Assembly (NCBI GenBank): GCA_010909165.1
Contig: VJWM01000192.1
Location: forward strand, 1-64,000
Reading direction: 5' to 3'
Source of the DNA: Anthoceros angustus
Taxonomy: Eukaryota > Plantae > Anthocerotophyta
DNA length: 64,000 nt
Within the stretch, counting starts at the first letter, position 1, and every line of letters starts with the position of its first letter. Shown piece by piece: positions 13,535-26,606 of this stretch. The position numbers were made by a program, and so were the translations under genes. The notes below the pieces were generated by a model. That model made no database searches. It had not been told where the DNA came from and was given only the letters and a program-made list of their open reading frames with translations.

Positions 13535-13548
13535 TGGCGGTGCCGGGA
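13535..13548 (+). promoter_or_regulatory. Primer-binding site, Athila type
   Basis: TTTTGGCGGTGCCGGGA directly after the LTR end resembles the Athila PBS TGGCGCCGTTGCCGGGGA. Confidence 0.65.
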
Positions 13549-13955
13549 CTTGTTGTTGAAAGTTTGAAGTTTTGTGGTTTCCATCGCTAGTGCGTGTTTT
13601 CAAAGGGATGAGAGTCGACCATAGGGGTGAGAAGAAGGAACGCCTAAGTTGTCATAGGGGTGACTGGTTGAGACACTAAACGGGGTGTGATTTGCTTCCT
13701 TCTTAACACTGTGGGTTGGAGGACATGAGGATGGTTGCAGATGTCTGGTAGGGGTCGATCTCGGGAGATACACGCGGAAGGTCACCACACACCGCAAGAT
13801 TCTGAGCCTTGCGGATCGGCTAAGGAAGAGGCCCGCGCCGCTACTCGAGGGCAGCGGAGGGGAGTCAGGCGCGGAGGAAGTCGACTCCAAGGCGGAGGTG
13901 CGGAGCACGGAGAAGGAGGAGGAAGAGGCGGAGATCACCGGCGAGGAAGGAGGTC

Positions 13956-16900
13956 GTGGAAGAGAAATTGGTGTCCAAGACGAGGAAGGCGCACTTCTCC
14001 GAGCACGACACCTTCACTCGCGGAACTCGACGTTTTACTTCTCAAGCGGTGATACCACCCCAACTTCCAGTGGCGGACGGCGGGGTCGATGGAGAATTTC
14101 GGGCCGGTCGGAGGATTTGGCGGAGCGTCGATCGAATCTCCGATCAATTGATCTTTGGGACGACGGGGGGAGGTCGCTACTCCCTTGGTAGAAGATTTTC
14201 GCTCAAGGATCCCGATTTTTCGTTATCGAAGGAAGAAGAAGTGTTGGGCGGCGTGGGCTCCGAGCAACATGAGTGGAGTTGGTGGAGGAGGAGGCCGCCC
14301 AACTTCACGTCGCCACAATACGTCAAATTCGGGAGAAGAAGAAGGGAGATGGCGAGGCGTTGTAAGAACTTTCAGCACGTCTCCAGGATGCCGCATCCCG
14401 CCAGCGCGATCTTCAATATCGGAGGTCATGCACAACAATGCAGCCAGCTCTTGGAAGCTCTTAAGGCCTTCTTGAATCGGTTCGAGGGCTCACGCACACC
14501 ACACTTTGAGTTGAGAACCCTCCAAGGAAGAAGCGAGAATCGTTGTTCGATTATGTGGAGAGGTTTTACGGATATCTGGATCGAGTTCAAATGTGCACGA
14601 GAGGCCGGAGATCCACCCTCTGGGTACTCACAAGAGCAAGCGTTGGATTGGTTTGTGAGTGGCTTATCGCGAAAATGGAGGTACACTGGGGCGTGGGACG
14701 GCGGGAGCCCTCCGCTTTGAGGAATGGGAGTCCGAGTTGGGGAGGAGGAGAAGAGGCGAAGTCATAAGAAGAGGAAAGGATCGAGGAGATCTAGCTCCTC
14801 GTCTTCCTCTCTCCTCCAGCTCGTCGCCTCGTCCTCATCGAGTGAGGACACGGAACTCGAAAGCTCCACATCGGATGAGGAATCGGAGAAGGCCTCTGAG
14901 CACGAATGAAGAAGGACACGAGAAGGTCAAAAGGCACGAAGAGAGGCGGGCATTGGAGAAGGAGAAAGGGAAAGGTCCGTCGGATGGAGAAGGGAGAAAC
15001 GTCTGCGGCGGAGGAGGATTCTTGGACAAGTGGAGGCTTTGACCAAGAGGTTGACCGAGTTAGAGGTCAAGCGGTGAAGAATCAAGCTCCACGAAGATCT
15101 CCTTCACCCGCAGTTGGTGTATTGCTCAATCTGTCATCAAACGGGACACCAACCGAGAATGTATTCGCGACATCTGTAAATCATGTGGAAACCGTCATGC
15201 CGAGATTATTGGTATGTGGGCGACTGCAGTGCAAGCGGTCCGAAGTCGGCCACCTCAATCAATGAGGCGACTTACCAACCGACTACGAGTTCCCTCAAGG
15301 TATGGATCCGACATCGCGCCGGGACAATGGAGACCGGATCCATCACGAGGCCAATGGCGATTCCACAGGATGTTTATAATTGAGCCCAGTCACTACTCAA
15401 ACGAATGCCCGAACCACGGAAGCAAGTGGGTTATGTACCCTTTGTGTAAGGAATTGGGAGGGGGTAGATGGGATGATGGGTGTGGCGTGCAGTGCGCAGA
15501 GCCAACCGGTCGACCCCGGGGGGTGGGCCGATCCCCGCGAGTCAGGAAGATGTGAAGGTGGATGAGTATTTATGGCGAGTGGAAGGATGAGAGAGATGGG
15601 ATGAGAAGGAAGTTGAGGCGGGAAATGATGAGGGAGAAGGAGAAAGAGGAGAAAAAAAGAAAAACGAGGGCGGAGACCATGGCGAGGCAGGGAGGCGAGG
15701 ACCCACCCCAGCGAGAAGAGGGGAAGCAGGAGGCGCCAGTAGGCGGGCGGCGAGGAAGGAAAAGGAGCAGGGAAGTGCGGGAGAGGAATGACCACAAATG
15801 AACCCAGAATGATCATGGATCAAGTCACCAATAAGGTCGGGTCGGCCGTAGCTGCAAGCGGGAGGAAACCTTGTCGATAAGATCTCTTGGGCATTACTTG
15901 ACCGCGAATTTGTGGTCAGCTTGAGACAGTTGCTTGCGGTGAGTCCGAGATCCCGCAAAATTGTGAAGGAGGCGATCGGGGAATCCACAGGCGGGGAGGA
16001 GAAAGCGGCGGTGGAGGTAAATGTGGTCGAACTCGTTGATTTGGGGCACCGAGATTGAGGTTGAGATTGCAGGGTGTTTGGTGCCCAACGTGCCACTAGA
16101 TTCGGGATCGGGAGTCAACTTGATGACGGAGGAGACAGCTCATCAACTTGGGTTCACTGAGTTTCACCCGGCCCGAGTATTTTTACGGATGGCCGACCAG
16201 ACAAGGAGGAAGCCATTGGGGGTTCTGAAGAATGTACCACTGATTGGGGTCTCACCTTCCATCTTACCTACATTGTGATGCGCGGTTTGATTTAGGCTAT
16301 AAGGTTTTGATAGGTAGGCCTTGGTTGTATGGTACTGCGTGTGTTTTTGATTTTGGTCGTAGTGGCATCACCTTCAAGTCCAGCCGAAACGGACCTGCGG
16401 CGATCGCTTTTGTGTCATGGAGCAAGGCTCCCTATGAGGGGGAGTCTGCAATCCAGTCTGACGGGTACACCTCAGGTAGCACGGGGGTAAGCTCCTCGGG
16501 CAGTGACCAAGCATATCGGGGTCTTTCAGTCGAGGTCACGAAATAAAGAGTGATTTGGTGTACGCCTGTTTACATATAGAGGAAACCGTAGAAGAGTCTG
16601 AGGATGAGGCACATAGGGAAGGTGTAGCCTTTTGGAAGGGTAGGCCTATGATCGAGATTTTCCGGAAGAGGGGTCCGGAACCAGTATAGGTAGCAGTCCA
16701 GAGGGAACATATGTAGATCCCGATGCGGTAGAAGACCTAGAGTTAGAACCTAGCAAGGTAGTCAAGATTTCTAAGTACCTAGGCCAGATAGAAAAAGAAG
16801 AGTTTCGTAGGGTGCTTAGGGAATATGTCGATGTGTTTGCCTTCAAGATTACTGACATGGGATCTGGGATACATCGAATCGACTTGAAGGAGGCGCACTC

Positions 16901-19900
16901 GGTGAGGATCAAGCAATACTGGTGAATCCCAAGTATTCCATGGTTGTTAAGGATCACCGACCAATATTTGGAGGTGGGGTAATTTATCCGGTGCTCACCA
17001 GTGAGTGGGTCGCCCATCGTGTACCAAAGAAGCGGCAGGAAAGGTTCGTGTATCAAGATTTTGAAGCTCAATGAAGCAACGAAGAAGGATCATCACCCTT
17101 TACCTTTCATGGACGATGTCTGGACACGATGTGGACATGAGATGTACGATTTCTTGGGGGATACGGGTACAATCAAATTTACTGCGGAAGGAGGATCGGG
17201 ACAAGACAACGTTCACGGATTGGGGAACTTACGCTTATTCAAGCTCCCTTCGGGTTGTGCCTGCCACTTTCAGCGGGTGGTGAACGCGATATTCGAGATT
17301 TTCGAGAAGTTCATGGAGGTATTCTGGATGATTTGCGTGTTTGGGAGAGAACACGCATTTAGACCATTTGAGGCAATGTTTTCAGTGCGGGAATCGAACA
17401 TGAAACTTCATCCGGAAGTGTTATTTTGGTATGACGGAGGCATTTTGTTAGCACATCGAGTTTTCGAGGATTGCGTAGATAAGGAGAAAAGCGGATAGTG
17501 AGATGGACGCCCCCAAAGGTGAGGCAGTAGCTTTGTAGGGCTAGTAGGTATTAGGAGGTTCATCAAGGATTTCGCCAAGAAGGCGCCTTGTTGACACAAT
17601 TAACCAAGAAGGATACACCCTTGAATGGACCAATGCAAGCAGGCTTTTGAAAGGGGTGATTTGGTGCGCAACCGCCGGATTGGGAAACCGTTTCATGTAT
17701 ACGTGGATGTGTCCGCTATGCCATTGGGACCGTCTTAAGTCGGAAGAAGAAACGGATCATCCGATTTTCTATGCGGTAGGCGCTCACGGATCGAAAGAAC
17801 TACTCAACCACGGAGCGGGAGGGTCTTGGTATCATTTACTCGTAAGAAGTTTAGACACTATCCGCTTGCAAGGTGACGTTCATGTTGACCATTTTGCGTT
17901 GAAGTATCTTGTCAACAAGCGGTTGTCGGGAAGGATTGCCGGATGGGTACTCTGCTGCAAGAGTTTGACTATGACGTAGAAACTAGGCCGGAAGCAACAT
18001 CGAATCTGATTTCATTTCTCTGAAACGGAAGCGACTTGAGCCACGGATGATCGATTTCGACGAGGAGTTGGTTGCCAGTCGAAGGGGAGGACGTGAGCAT
18101 GTTGTAGACGGCCTAAGAATTGATCAGCAAGTCTTGTTGCCAGCGGAGGCCAAATGAGCAAGAAGGGCGTTGTCGAGGAAAAGGCGGCAGGACAATGGAA
18201 ATCCGAGAGAGAGGATAGGGGCGCCAGCATGCGAGGAGGAGGCTGAATGCTCCTCAAGGGTGAGCAGTCGAGGGCTGCAAGTGGAGGCCACACGTTGGCA
18301 AAGGAAGAAGCAAAAGCGGACATGAGCACCGTTTTTAGCGTGAAGGCCACACTTGGCGAGGTCAGCCAGGCGCCGCCAGGGAGGAGAAGGCCCTAGGGAG
18401 GTGGACACGCCCGAGGCGAAGAAGGAGATGCTCATGAAAGTTTGAGCTGCGGAAGGGAGTTGCGGATCATGGGCAATCACTCAAAATTCGACCATGGAGG
18501 TGCAACAAGGCGAGGTCGAGCGAGCTGGACCTAGAACGAGGCTAGACCAGGGGAATGGAAGAAATCAGTCCGTTAATGAGGAAGAAGCATGCGGACCCTC
18601 AAGGAGAGTGCGGCATGGGGGCGCGGAGGTGGGCCGTGGATGGATACACGCCATCCGGAGCTACTACGGCGACCTAGGAGGAGCGTGGCACACGGAAGGA
18701 GATTAGACGTGAGGGCGTTCATGCCCAAGATATTGTGTGAAGTCGCAATTCGGAGCATGGAATCATGCCGGATGGTTTGTCCGGGGAATGTCTTTCTCCA
18801 TAAAGCCGCACCCTATTGCCTAAGGAAGGCATCACAAACTTGGGCGGACGAGAGATCAAGATCTCGAGGGTTAAGGAGGCACGTCACGGAGGCGCTACAT
18901 GCGAAGAGGCGGTGGACACTATTGACGGTGACCGTTAAGAAGATTTTGAATGCCGGGTTGGTGGCTACGATGCAAAAGGATGTGTGGGAGTTCACTCGGA
19001 GGTGTGATGCGTGTCAGAGGGTTGGGCGGCCTACGTTGTCGACACAATGGCCTCTTACCTACATCTTACCGCTAGCACCGTTCGAGAAGTGGGGAATCGA
19101 TTTCGTAGGACCAATCAAACCACCAACGCAATGGACGAGGAAACAGTACATTTTGGTGGCTACGGATTATTGTACGAAGATGGTGGAAGCGGAAGCAACG
19201 AGGAAGGACGACGCGCCTGCAGTGGCCAAGTTTCTATTCGAGAACATCATAACGGTGCATGTCCTTTAGAGTTGGTCGGCGGGACACATTTCCTCAACTC
19301 TGTCGTTGAGTCCCTAACCACCTATTTCAACATTCGGCATCGAAAGACGACCCCCTACAACCCCAAAGCGAATGGATTGACGGAGAAGACAAATGGGTTG
19401 CTGTGCACAATCCTCACCAAGGTAACTGTGACGCACATGTATGATTGGGATGCTAAGTTGCATTCAGCACTGTGGGCTTACAGGACCGCGGAGAAGGTAA
19501 CCACCAAGAAGACCCCTTATTATCTAACGTATGGCATGTCACCTGTGATGCCCGTGGAATTTGAAGTACCTACCTACAGGATCATGGAGGATGAGCATGG
19601 TGTAGAGGATAGTAGCTACTAGAATCATTCATAGAGCGGAGGAGCATAGGGAGGATGCTTTAGAAGAAACCGGATTCGTGAACTCGGGAAGGGCGGGCAT
19701 GATGGAGGTTGAGAAGCGAGCTATCGTGGACGGGATTTGGTTCTTCTATATGATAGTCGATACCTAGACTTTCCAGGAAGCTTAGATTGAGATGGATGGG
19801 ACCTACGAGGTAGTAGCGATGTGAGAATGGATCTGTGCAACTCCGGGTATTGGCGGTTAGGAGTGAGCATGGGTGGAAGGTCAAAGTACCTTGACCAGTA
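13956..19900 (+). pseudogene. gag-pol polyprotein (many frameshifts)
   Basis: Zn knuckles at ~15120 (CSICHQTGH) and ~15370-15410 (HYSNECPN). Protease VPLDSGSGVNLM at ~16090. RT LNEATKKDHHPLPFMD at ~17070. RNase H VDHFALKYLVNK..SGRIAGW at ~17885. Integrase RRCDACQR, PFEKWGIDFVGP, TTPYNPKANG, ALWAYRT and WMGPY at 19000-19810. Confidence 0.9.
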
Positions 19901-19922
19901 CTGTTTGCGAGGGCAAAGCAGT

Positions 19923-19932
19923 GAGGTGGGAG
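19923..19932 (+). promoter_or_regulatory. Polypurine tract
   Basis: GAGGTGGGAG lies 2 nt upstream of the TGTGG LTR start and just after the integrase. Confidence 0.55.
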
Positions 19933-19934
19933 TA

Positions 19935-22900
19935 TGTGGAACGAAAGTTTGGGCAACCAGCCCAAAGCAAAGACACAAGTTTGATTTTTTGGCTAAGAGC
20001 GATTGAAGAGGAACATGCCAGAAAATTTCGAGAATCTTGAAGTGTAAATATTGTTAGGAAGGCAAAGGATATCCCGGAAGAACGGGTCAAAATGACCCCA
20101 GACGGGCGGGAGGCGTCAGAAGGTTGGTAGGTGGCGGACTACCATAAGCCACACCACGTGAGGTGAGAAGGAAGACTACATGTGGTGTGACTACCGCGGT
20201 AGGGAATCTCGGCTAAAGGAATTAGAATAGGGGATATCCACTATATATGCTCACCAATAGGAATATATATAAATAGGATTAATTAGGAAGCATTAGGATA
20301 ATAGGTAGGTAGATAGAATTAGGATTTTGGAATGATGAACCAATCTAGGGTTGTGCCTCGGTGGCGACATCCAAAGAGGCAAAGTGCTTTGGGCGAACTT
20401 CTCTTGAGGGAACACTCACAAGGAGGCTGGAGCTGGGCGTAAGCGCAAGAAGGAAGGCCATGCCATCGCCGCCAGCGGAGGGAGAGAGCGAAGGGAGAGC
20501 GGCAGAAGGAGGAGCTAAGAGGTGAGGCGAGAAGAGAAGGAGGAGGTGGAGGAGAGCTTGTCTGAAGAGCACTTGGGGAGAGAGAGGAGGAGGGGCGAGC
20601 ACCAAGGAGGAGAAGAGGAGGAAAAAGGCGAGGGAGGACGATCAGCGCAAAGGGAGCAAGGAGAATTCAGCTGAGGCCTCTGCGCCGTGTGAAGGGGTGT
20701 TGAGAAGAAGGAGGGAGAGTGAGGTTGGGCACAAATTGGGAGTAATCCCTTCCTTTGAGCACTTGGAGGAAGGCCGCCATGCCGGAAAGGCAAGGGAAGG
20801 AACCGAGGGCTCTTCCTCGCGAGGAAAGGAAGAAGGCGGAGGCTGCGCCGGGAGGAGTGAGTTCACTTGCTTTTGGGCAACAACCCCGATTTGGTTGATT
20901 TTCGGCAATGGGCGGAGGAGAACATCCAATTGGGATGGGTGTATGGCCAATGGGCCTACACCAATTTGGAATTGATTGAGGAGTGTTCATCAACCTCCAT
21001 CAATCGAAGCGCCCTGCGCGCGGAAAGGAATGCTCGAACGGATCCCACGGGGTAGTAAAGCATTCGACAGTGTATGGAAGGCCGGAGGAAGAGCTCGAAT
21101 TGCTCTCGAAAGGTCGAATGGAGGAAGAGGACACCCTCTCGACATTCCCAAGAGTTCCTCGACATGATGGATGGAGGTGAAGGCCCATGCCAAGAATGGC
21201 TGGAAGGCATCAAGGAGGAGTGAAGTGGAGGCTCTTGCAAAGATTGTGTTGGGGTTGGTAAATTACCAAGCACTCTTATTTCACCAACTTCCTCCAATTT
21301 TGTGGAAGATTTCCATGGAGCCAAGCGATTGGGGACTATCATGTATGAGGCCTACATCCACCAGGAGAAGCTCCTCAAGCCAAATTTGGATGAGGAAGGG
21401 CCAAGGCCATACCTTAGCACCTATTTGGTGCATTTGTGGGAAAGAGGGGCTTCTCACAAGCAAGGAGTTGAAGATGCTTGGCATCCTTGAGATAATCCAT
21501 CTCCAGCTTGGAAAAGGCCTTTGCCTTTTGCATTGGAAGGCGGTGGGAGGTCGACCTCCACAAGCTGCTAGGCAAGGAGAAGTGGAGGCAACAAGTTGCG
21601 GAGTGGGAATCTTTCCCCAGGGCAAGCAAGGAAGAACAGAATCGGAAGGCCGAATGGTATGAGAGGAGAACTACCACGGGAGGGTGGCACCAGGTGGGGA
21701 GTCCCCACCATCTCATTGTGCCTAGAGAGGCACCCCGCTACCCCGGTGGGGAGGCACTAGGGTGGGCGGACTACCGTGGTGGGTAATCACACGGTCTACC
21801 ATGAGGGGGCACTACCGCGGTGGGCGGGCACCCTCGCCGGTGGCGCACCCCACGCAGAAGGGAAGGGAAGGAGGGCGTGCGGGCGCGCGAGGCCACCACC
21901 ACTCCCCGGTGGGAGGATGGATGGCGGTGAGGGACCAGCGCCGCGATGGCCCGCAAGGAGAGGAGATTTCCAAGAAGGCAGAAGGGGTGGAATTAGGACC
22001 CCTAGGAGAATTTGGGTGCTTGTGAAGCACTCGGCCGTGATTTGAAGGGCTAGGGGCTCCTTGTGGGCATGCCAAGAGGAGTGAAATCCAAGACATGGGA
22101 GGAGGCAGGGACTAATGGCAATTGGAGGCCATGGAGTCCGATGAGAAAAGGCAGAAAGGCAGAAGCTCCAAGCGACCTCATGACGCAGGCAAAGTCCTGG
22201 AAGGAAGGTTGTCAGTGAGAAAGAGCCATTGCAACAACCCCAAAGGACTCTTGGAGCAAAGGCGGAGCATTTTGCCCAATTAGAGCAAGAAAAAGGCAAA
22301 GCGAGGCTCTAGGAAGGAAGCGGCGTCGGCAAGTGGACCGCACAAGAGCTGGCTACTCAAGCCATCAAAATCCGGGACATGGGAAGATTGAGAAGGACCC
22401 GGTTAATTTGGAGGAGGCGGAGCGAAGCTCAAGACCAGCAATTGGGCGCGAAAAGTGCTTGGGCGGAGAAGGAGGCTTGCCCGCAATTAGAGACTGGAAG
22501 GAGGTTCCAGAGGAGGAGCACAAGAAGGTGGTGGATCTTTGGTGGTGAGGAAGCGATTTTGGGTGTGCCCTTCAAAACCAGCAGTGAGGAAGTGAGGGAG
22601 GAGAATGTAACCCTCCATGTCAAGGTGGGGAATTGACCACCTCAAGGATGCCTACAAGGTAGGTGTGAGATGGAGAGTGGCCGAGTTGATGATCTCCAAA
22701 TGCAATATCATAGCTTGGGGCTCACCTCCACACAATGAAGGCCAACAATGAGGTCTTGCGTTTGGCCAAGAGGAGGACATTGGGTCCTCATGATGATGAG
22801 GAAGGGCTGCAACAGTGCGGCGGAGGCCTCCGATTTTGATGAGGCCATCGAAATGGACTCAGGAATGAGTCGGGAGGAGGAGCGCCGTGGCACCAAGGTG

Positions 22901-24633
22901 GGAGGCGGAGAGCAAGGAGGGGACAGCCCACCCTCACGGGGTCACCTACCACGGTAGGTGACCACCTACCAGTAGTCTGCCGGACCGTGGAGCCACTCTG
23001 GGTGTGCGGACTAGGGGGTGAGGCCCATGGGCACAGGCTGAGTCGGGCCGAGGCTGGTGGAGGATGAAGGGCCGGGGGTCCGGAGTATACCCCGGGAGAG
23101 GCGGTGGGAGACAACCCAGGAGGAGGGGCAGGGGTCCGACCCGTCGAGGGGGGAGGGGTGAGAATTCCCGCCACCGGATAAGGAGGCAGGCCGGGAGGAG
23201 TCAGCAAAAGGCCGGAGATTAGGAAGGAGATCATGGTGGGGCAAATGGGGATGAAGACTCTTTAGATGCTCTATGGTAGGTATGGACAAATCAACGAAGG
23301 CAAGAGCAATGGAGATCTTGACCGAAACCCTCACCCGGAGGAGAAGGAAGGAAGGAGATAGGCGGACTACCATAGGTAGTCACCCCGATGATGCCGGACT
23401 ACCGCGGTAGGGGTCGATGAGCAGAGCGACCAGCGGCGGAGGTGGAGAAAAGGCGCCTAGGGCGCGGAGGGGCGATGGAGGGGGATTTAGGGCCGCCCAG
23501 CGAGATGGAGGAAGGGGCAGATTGTACTTGCCCACACATTAGGAAGGCGACAAGATCCGGGAAGGGGCAGAGCAAAGGAGGAGGGAGCCAATCCACAAGA
23601 CATGTCACCACCCAGGATAAGGGTGAGAATGGTCGACCATAAATGCTTTGGGAATAGAAGAATAGGTGGTGTGGTACATCCTTTAAGGATGATCTTAGGT
23701 GAAGTTACTAGAATAGAATTAGGATCGAGATAGACTTAGGTGCCGGACATTAAATCTTTGGTAGGAAATAATAGAAATTGGAAAAGGTGACTGCAGAGGG
23801 TCACCCAAGGGAGGTTGTGGAAGGCCTCCTATAAGAGGAGGAGGATTTCACAAAGTAAAGTATCATGTCTTGCGCTTCCACCTCAGAGTCCTTTGCCATT
23901 ACAGAGGAATTTCGTGCCGTGAGCCAACGCAGTCGGTAGAGGAAGTCGCGGTGGTCGGAGTGCTTGGTGGAGGACTTGCTCCTGCAAGTGCCTAAACGAG
24001 TTGCTCCCCTTGTGAATGGTTGTTGTGAAATTGCTTTGCTTGGGTGTGTGGCGATGCCGGAGAACTCTGAGACAGACAGGAAAGACTCCCACAGGTGGCG
24101 CTGTCAGTGGTGTCAAACTCACGCAAGCCCAAGGAAGAACTTCTGGTGGAGGCCGACCCAGGCGGTTGTGCCGTAAGGCGACAGTGAAGCCCAGAGGAGG
24201 AGGAGGAGGAGGAGGAGGAGGAGGAGGAGGAGGGAGGTTGTGGAAGGCCACAGGAGCCTAAGGGACGAATCCCAAATCAAGTAAAGCGCTCACAGGTGGA
24301 GAAGAGTGGTCTTAGAAGTAGGGACGAAATCGCGGTGTGGATCGGGGGTCCACAGGCGCCCGTGATAGGCTCCTCGCTAGGCGGGGACACCGCAATTGTT
24401 TTGTGTCGTTGTGGGTCGAGGATGGTCATTTTTCGGGAAGCGGTGCACTGAGAGGAGAGTAGTGGGCGCCTTGCTTGTTTAGAAGGTGAAGTGGTGTTTC
24501 AGTAGCGATCATGATCGCAAGGCCTCAAATTTTCACACAAGTCTCATGGGACCAACCCAACGTCTGAGCACGGTGGGGATAAGTGTGGCCGCTTATAGTG
24601 GGAGGACCTCGGGTGCCCGGTTTTCCTACCACA
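19935..24633 (+). repeat. 3' LTR, ~4.7 kb, bounded by TGTGG...CCACA
   Basis: 5-bp inverted termini, an upstream PPT, and host flank resuming at 24634. Confidence 0.8.
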
Positions 24634-26606
24634 CACCGCAAGGCCAAGATGCAGAGTCCGTCGGCCTACCAGCACGATCGAGCCTCCCACTCCCCAATGC
24701 GACGTTCTCTCGGCCCACGGTTTAGGGTTATCGGGCCTACCACTCCCGAGTCGCCGTCCTTCGGCCCTCCCGTGAGACTTCTCACCGGTGAGTGCACGAT
24801 GGGTGCAATCCCACCGACGTGAAGCTTGAGAAACCGTTTTAATTTTTGAAAGTGTTTCGTAGAAAGGCCTATGTAAATTAGCCTACTTGTACCAAATATC
24901 AAAGGCTATCGCATCAAGCTATGTTGGAGCTTGAAATGACAACTTGCATGCGAGAAGGAAGAAGGAAGGAGATAGGCGGACTACCATGGTAGGTAGTCGG
25001 CCTACCTGTGCCGGACTGTGATATGATGAGCAGGCGACGAGGCGGATGGAGAAAAGGCGCCTAGGTGCGGAGGCGCGATTGGATCAGGAATTAGGCGCCG
25101 CCCGGAGATGGAGGAAGGCAGGTTGTGCCCACACATTGAAGGCGACAAGATCCGGGAAGGGGCAGAGCAAAGGAGGAGGCGAGGAGCCAATCCACAAGGG
25201 ACATGTCACCACCCCAAGATAAGGGTGAATGGTCAAGACCATAAATGCTTTGGAGGAATAGGAAGGATAGGTGGTGTGGTGACATCCTTTAAGGATGATC
25301 TTAGGTGAAGTTACTAGAATAGAATTTACCAAGGATCAATAGACTTAGGTGCGGACATTAAATCTTGTAGGAAATAATAGAAATTGGAAAAGGTGACCTG
25401 CAGTAGGGTCACCCAAGGGAGGTTGTATGTGGAAGGCCTCCTATAAGAGGAGGAGGATTTCACAAAGTAAAGTATCACGTCTTGCGCTTCCACCCTCATC
25501 GAGTCCTTTGCCATTACAGAGGAATTTCGTGCCGGCTGTGAGCCAACGCAGCGTCTGGTAGAGAGGAAGTCGCGGTGGTCGGAGTGCTTGGTGGAGGACT
25601 TGCTCCTGCAAGTGCCTAAACGAGTTGCTCCCCTTGTGAATGGTTGTTGTGAAATTGCTTTGCCTGGGTGTGTGGCGATGCCGGAGACCCAGACTACGTG
25701 GAAAGACTGAGGTGCCGAGTGGTGTCAAACTCACCGCCCAAGGAAGAACTTCTGGTGGAGGCCGACCCTGTGCAGCCGTAAGGGCGAGTCAACCAAGAAG
25801 CCCGAATCGAGGTTAGAATAGGAGGAAGAGGATGAGGAGATGAGTAGAGGATTAGAGGTAGGTGTTAGTGGAAGGCCACAGAGCCTAAGGGACGAATCCC
25901 AAATGCAAGTAAAAGAGCGCCCCGAGTGGAGAAGAGTGGTCTTAGAAGTAGGGACGAAATCGCGGTGTGGATCGGGGGTCCACAGGCGCCGTGATAGGCT
26001 CCTCGCCGAGGCGTGACCGCAATTGTTTTGTGTCGTTGTAGGTCGAGGATTGGCGATTTTTCAAGCAAGGCATGGTGCAAGAAGAGGAGAGTAGTGGGCG
26101 CCTTGCTTGTTTAGAAGGTGAAGTGGTGTTTCAGTAGCGATCATGATCGCAAGGCCTCAAATTTTCACACAAGTCTCATGGGACGAAACCCAACGCACGG
26201 GCGACAAAGGATAAGTGTGGCCGCTATAGTGGGAGGACCTCGGGTGCCCCGGTTTTCCTACCACACACACCGCAAGGCCAAGATGCACGGAGTCCCGGCC
26301 TACCAAGACGATCGAGCCTCCCACTCCCCAATGCGACGTTCTCTCGGCCCACGGTTTAGGGTTATCGGGCCTACCACTCCCGAGTCGCCGTCCTTCGGCC
26401 CTCCCGTGAGACTTCTCACCGGTGAGTGCACGATGGCACCCGTGCAATCCCGACCTCAGAATCGTGAAGCTTGAGAAACCGTTTTAATTTTTGAAAGTGT
26501 TTCGTAGAAAGGGCCTATGTAAATTAGCCTACTTGTACCAAATATCAAAGGCTATCGCATCAAGCTATGTTGGAGCTTGAAATGACAACTTGCATGCGAG
26601 AAGGAA
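23341..26606 (+). repeat. Tandem duplication (~1.6-kb unit) spanning the LTR/host-flank junction
   Basis: 23341-24951 is repeated at 24952-26597. GAGAAGGAA occurs at all three boundaries (23341, 24952, 26598). Confidence 0.85.
24194..24227 (+). repeat. (GGA)n microsatellite
   Basis: Directly visible run of about 11 GGA units. Confidence 0.9.

Larger units (their letters stand above)
3409..24633 (+). mobile_element. Ty3/gypsy LTR retrotransposon, Athila-like (non-chromovirus), rearranged
   Basis: Domain order is gag-PR-RT-RH-INT, with a PBS after the 5' LTR and a PPT before the 3' LTR. The flanks at 3391-3409 and 24634 onward are contiguous in the empty-site copy at 28781-28830. Confidence 0.85.

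Noticed and set aside
24194-24227. (GGA)n run as a poly-Gly or poly-Pro coding feature
   Set aside because: The other LTR copies (~13105-13150, ~25815-25860) have complex purine-rich sequence here, so it is likely slippage or a base-calling artefact.
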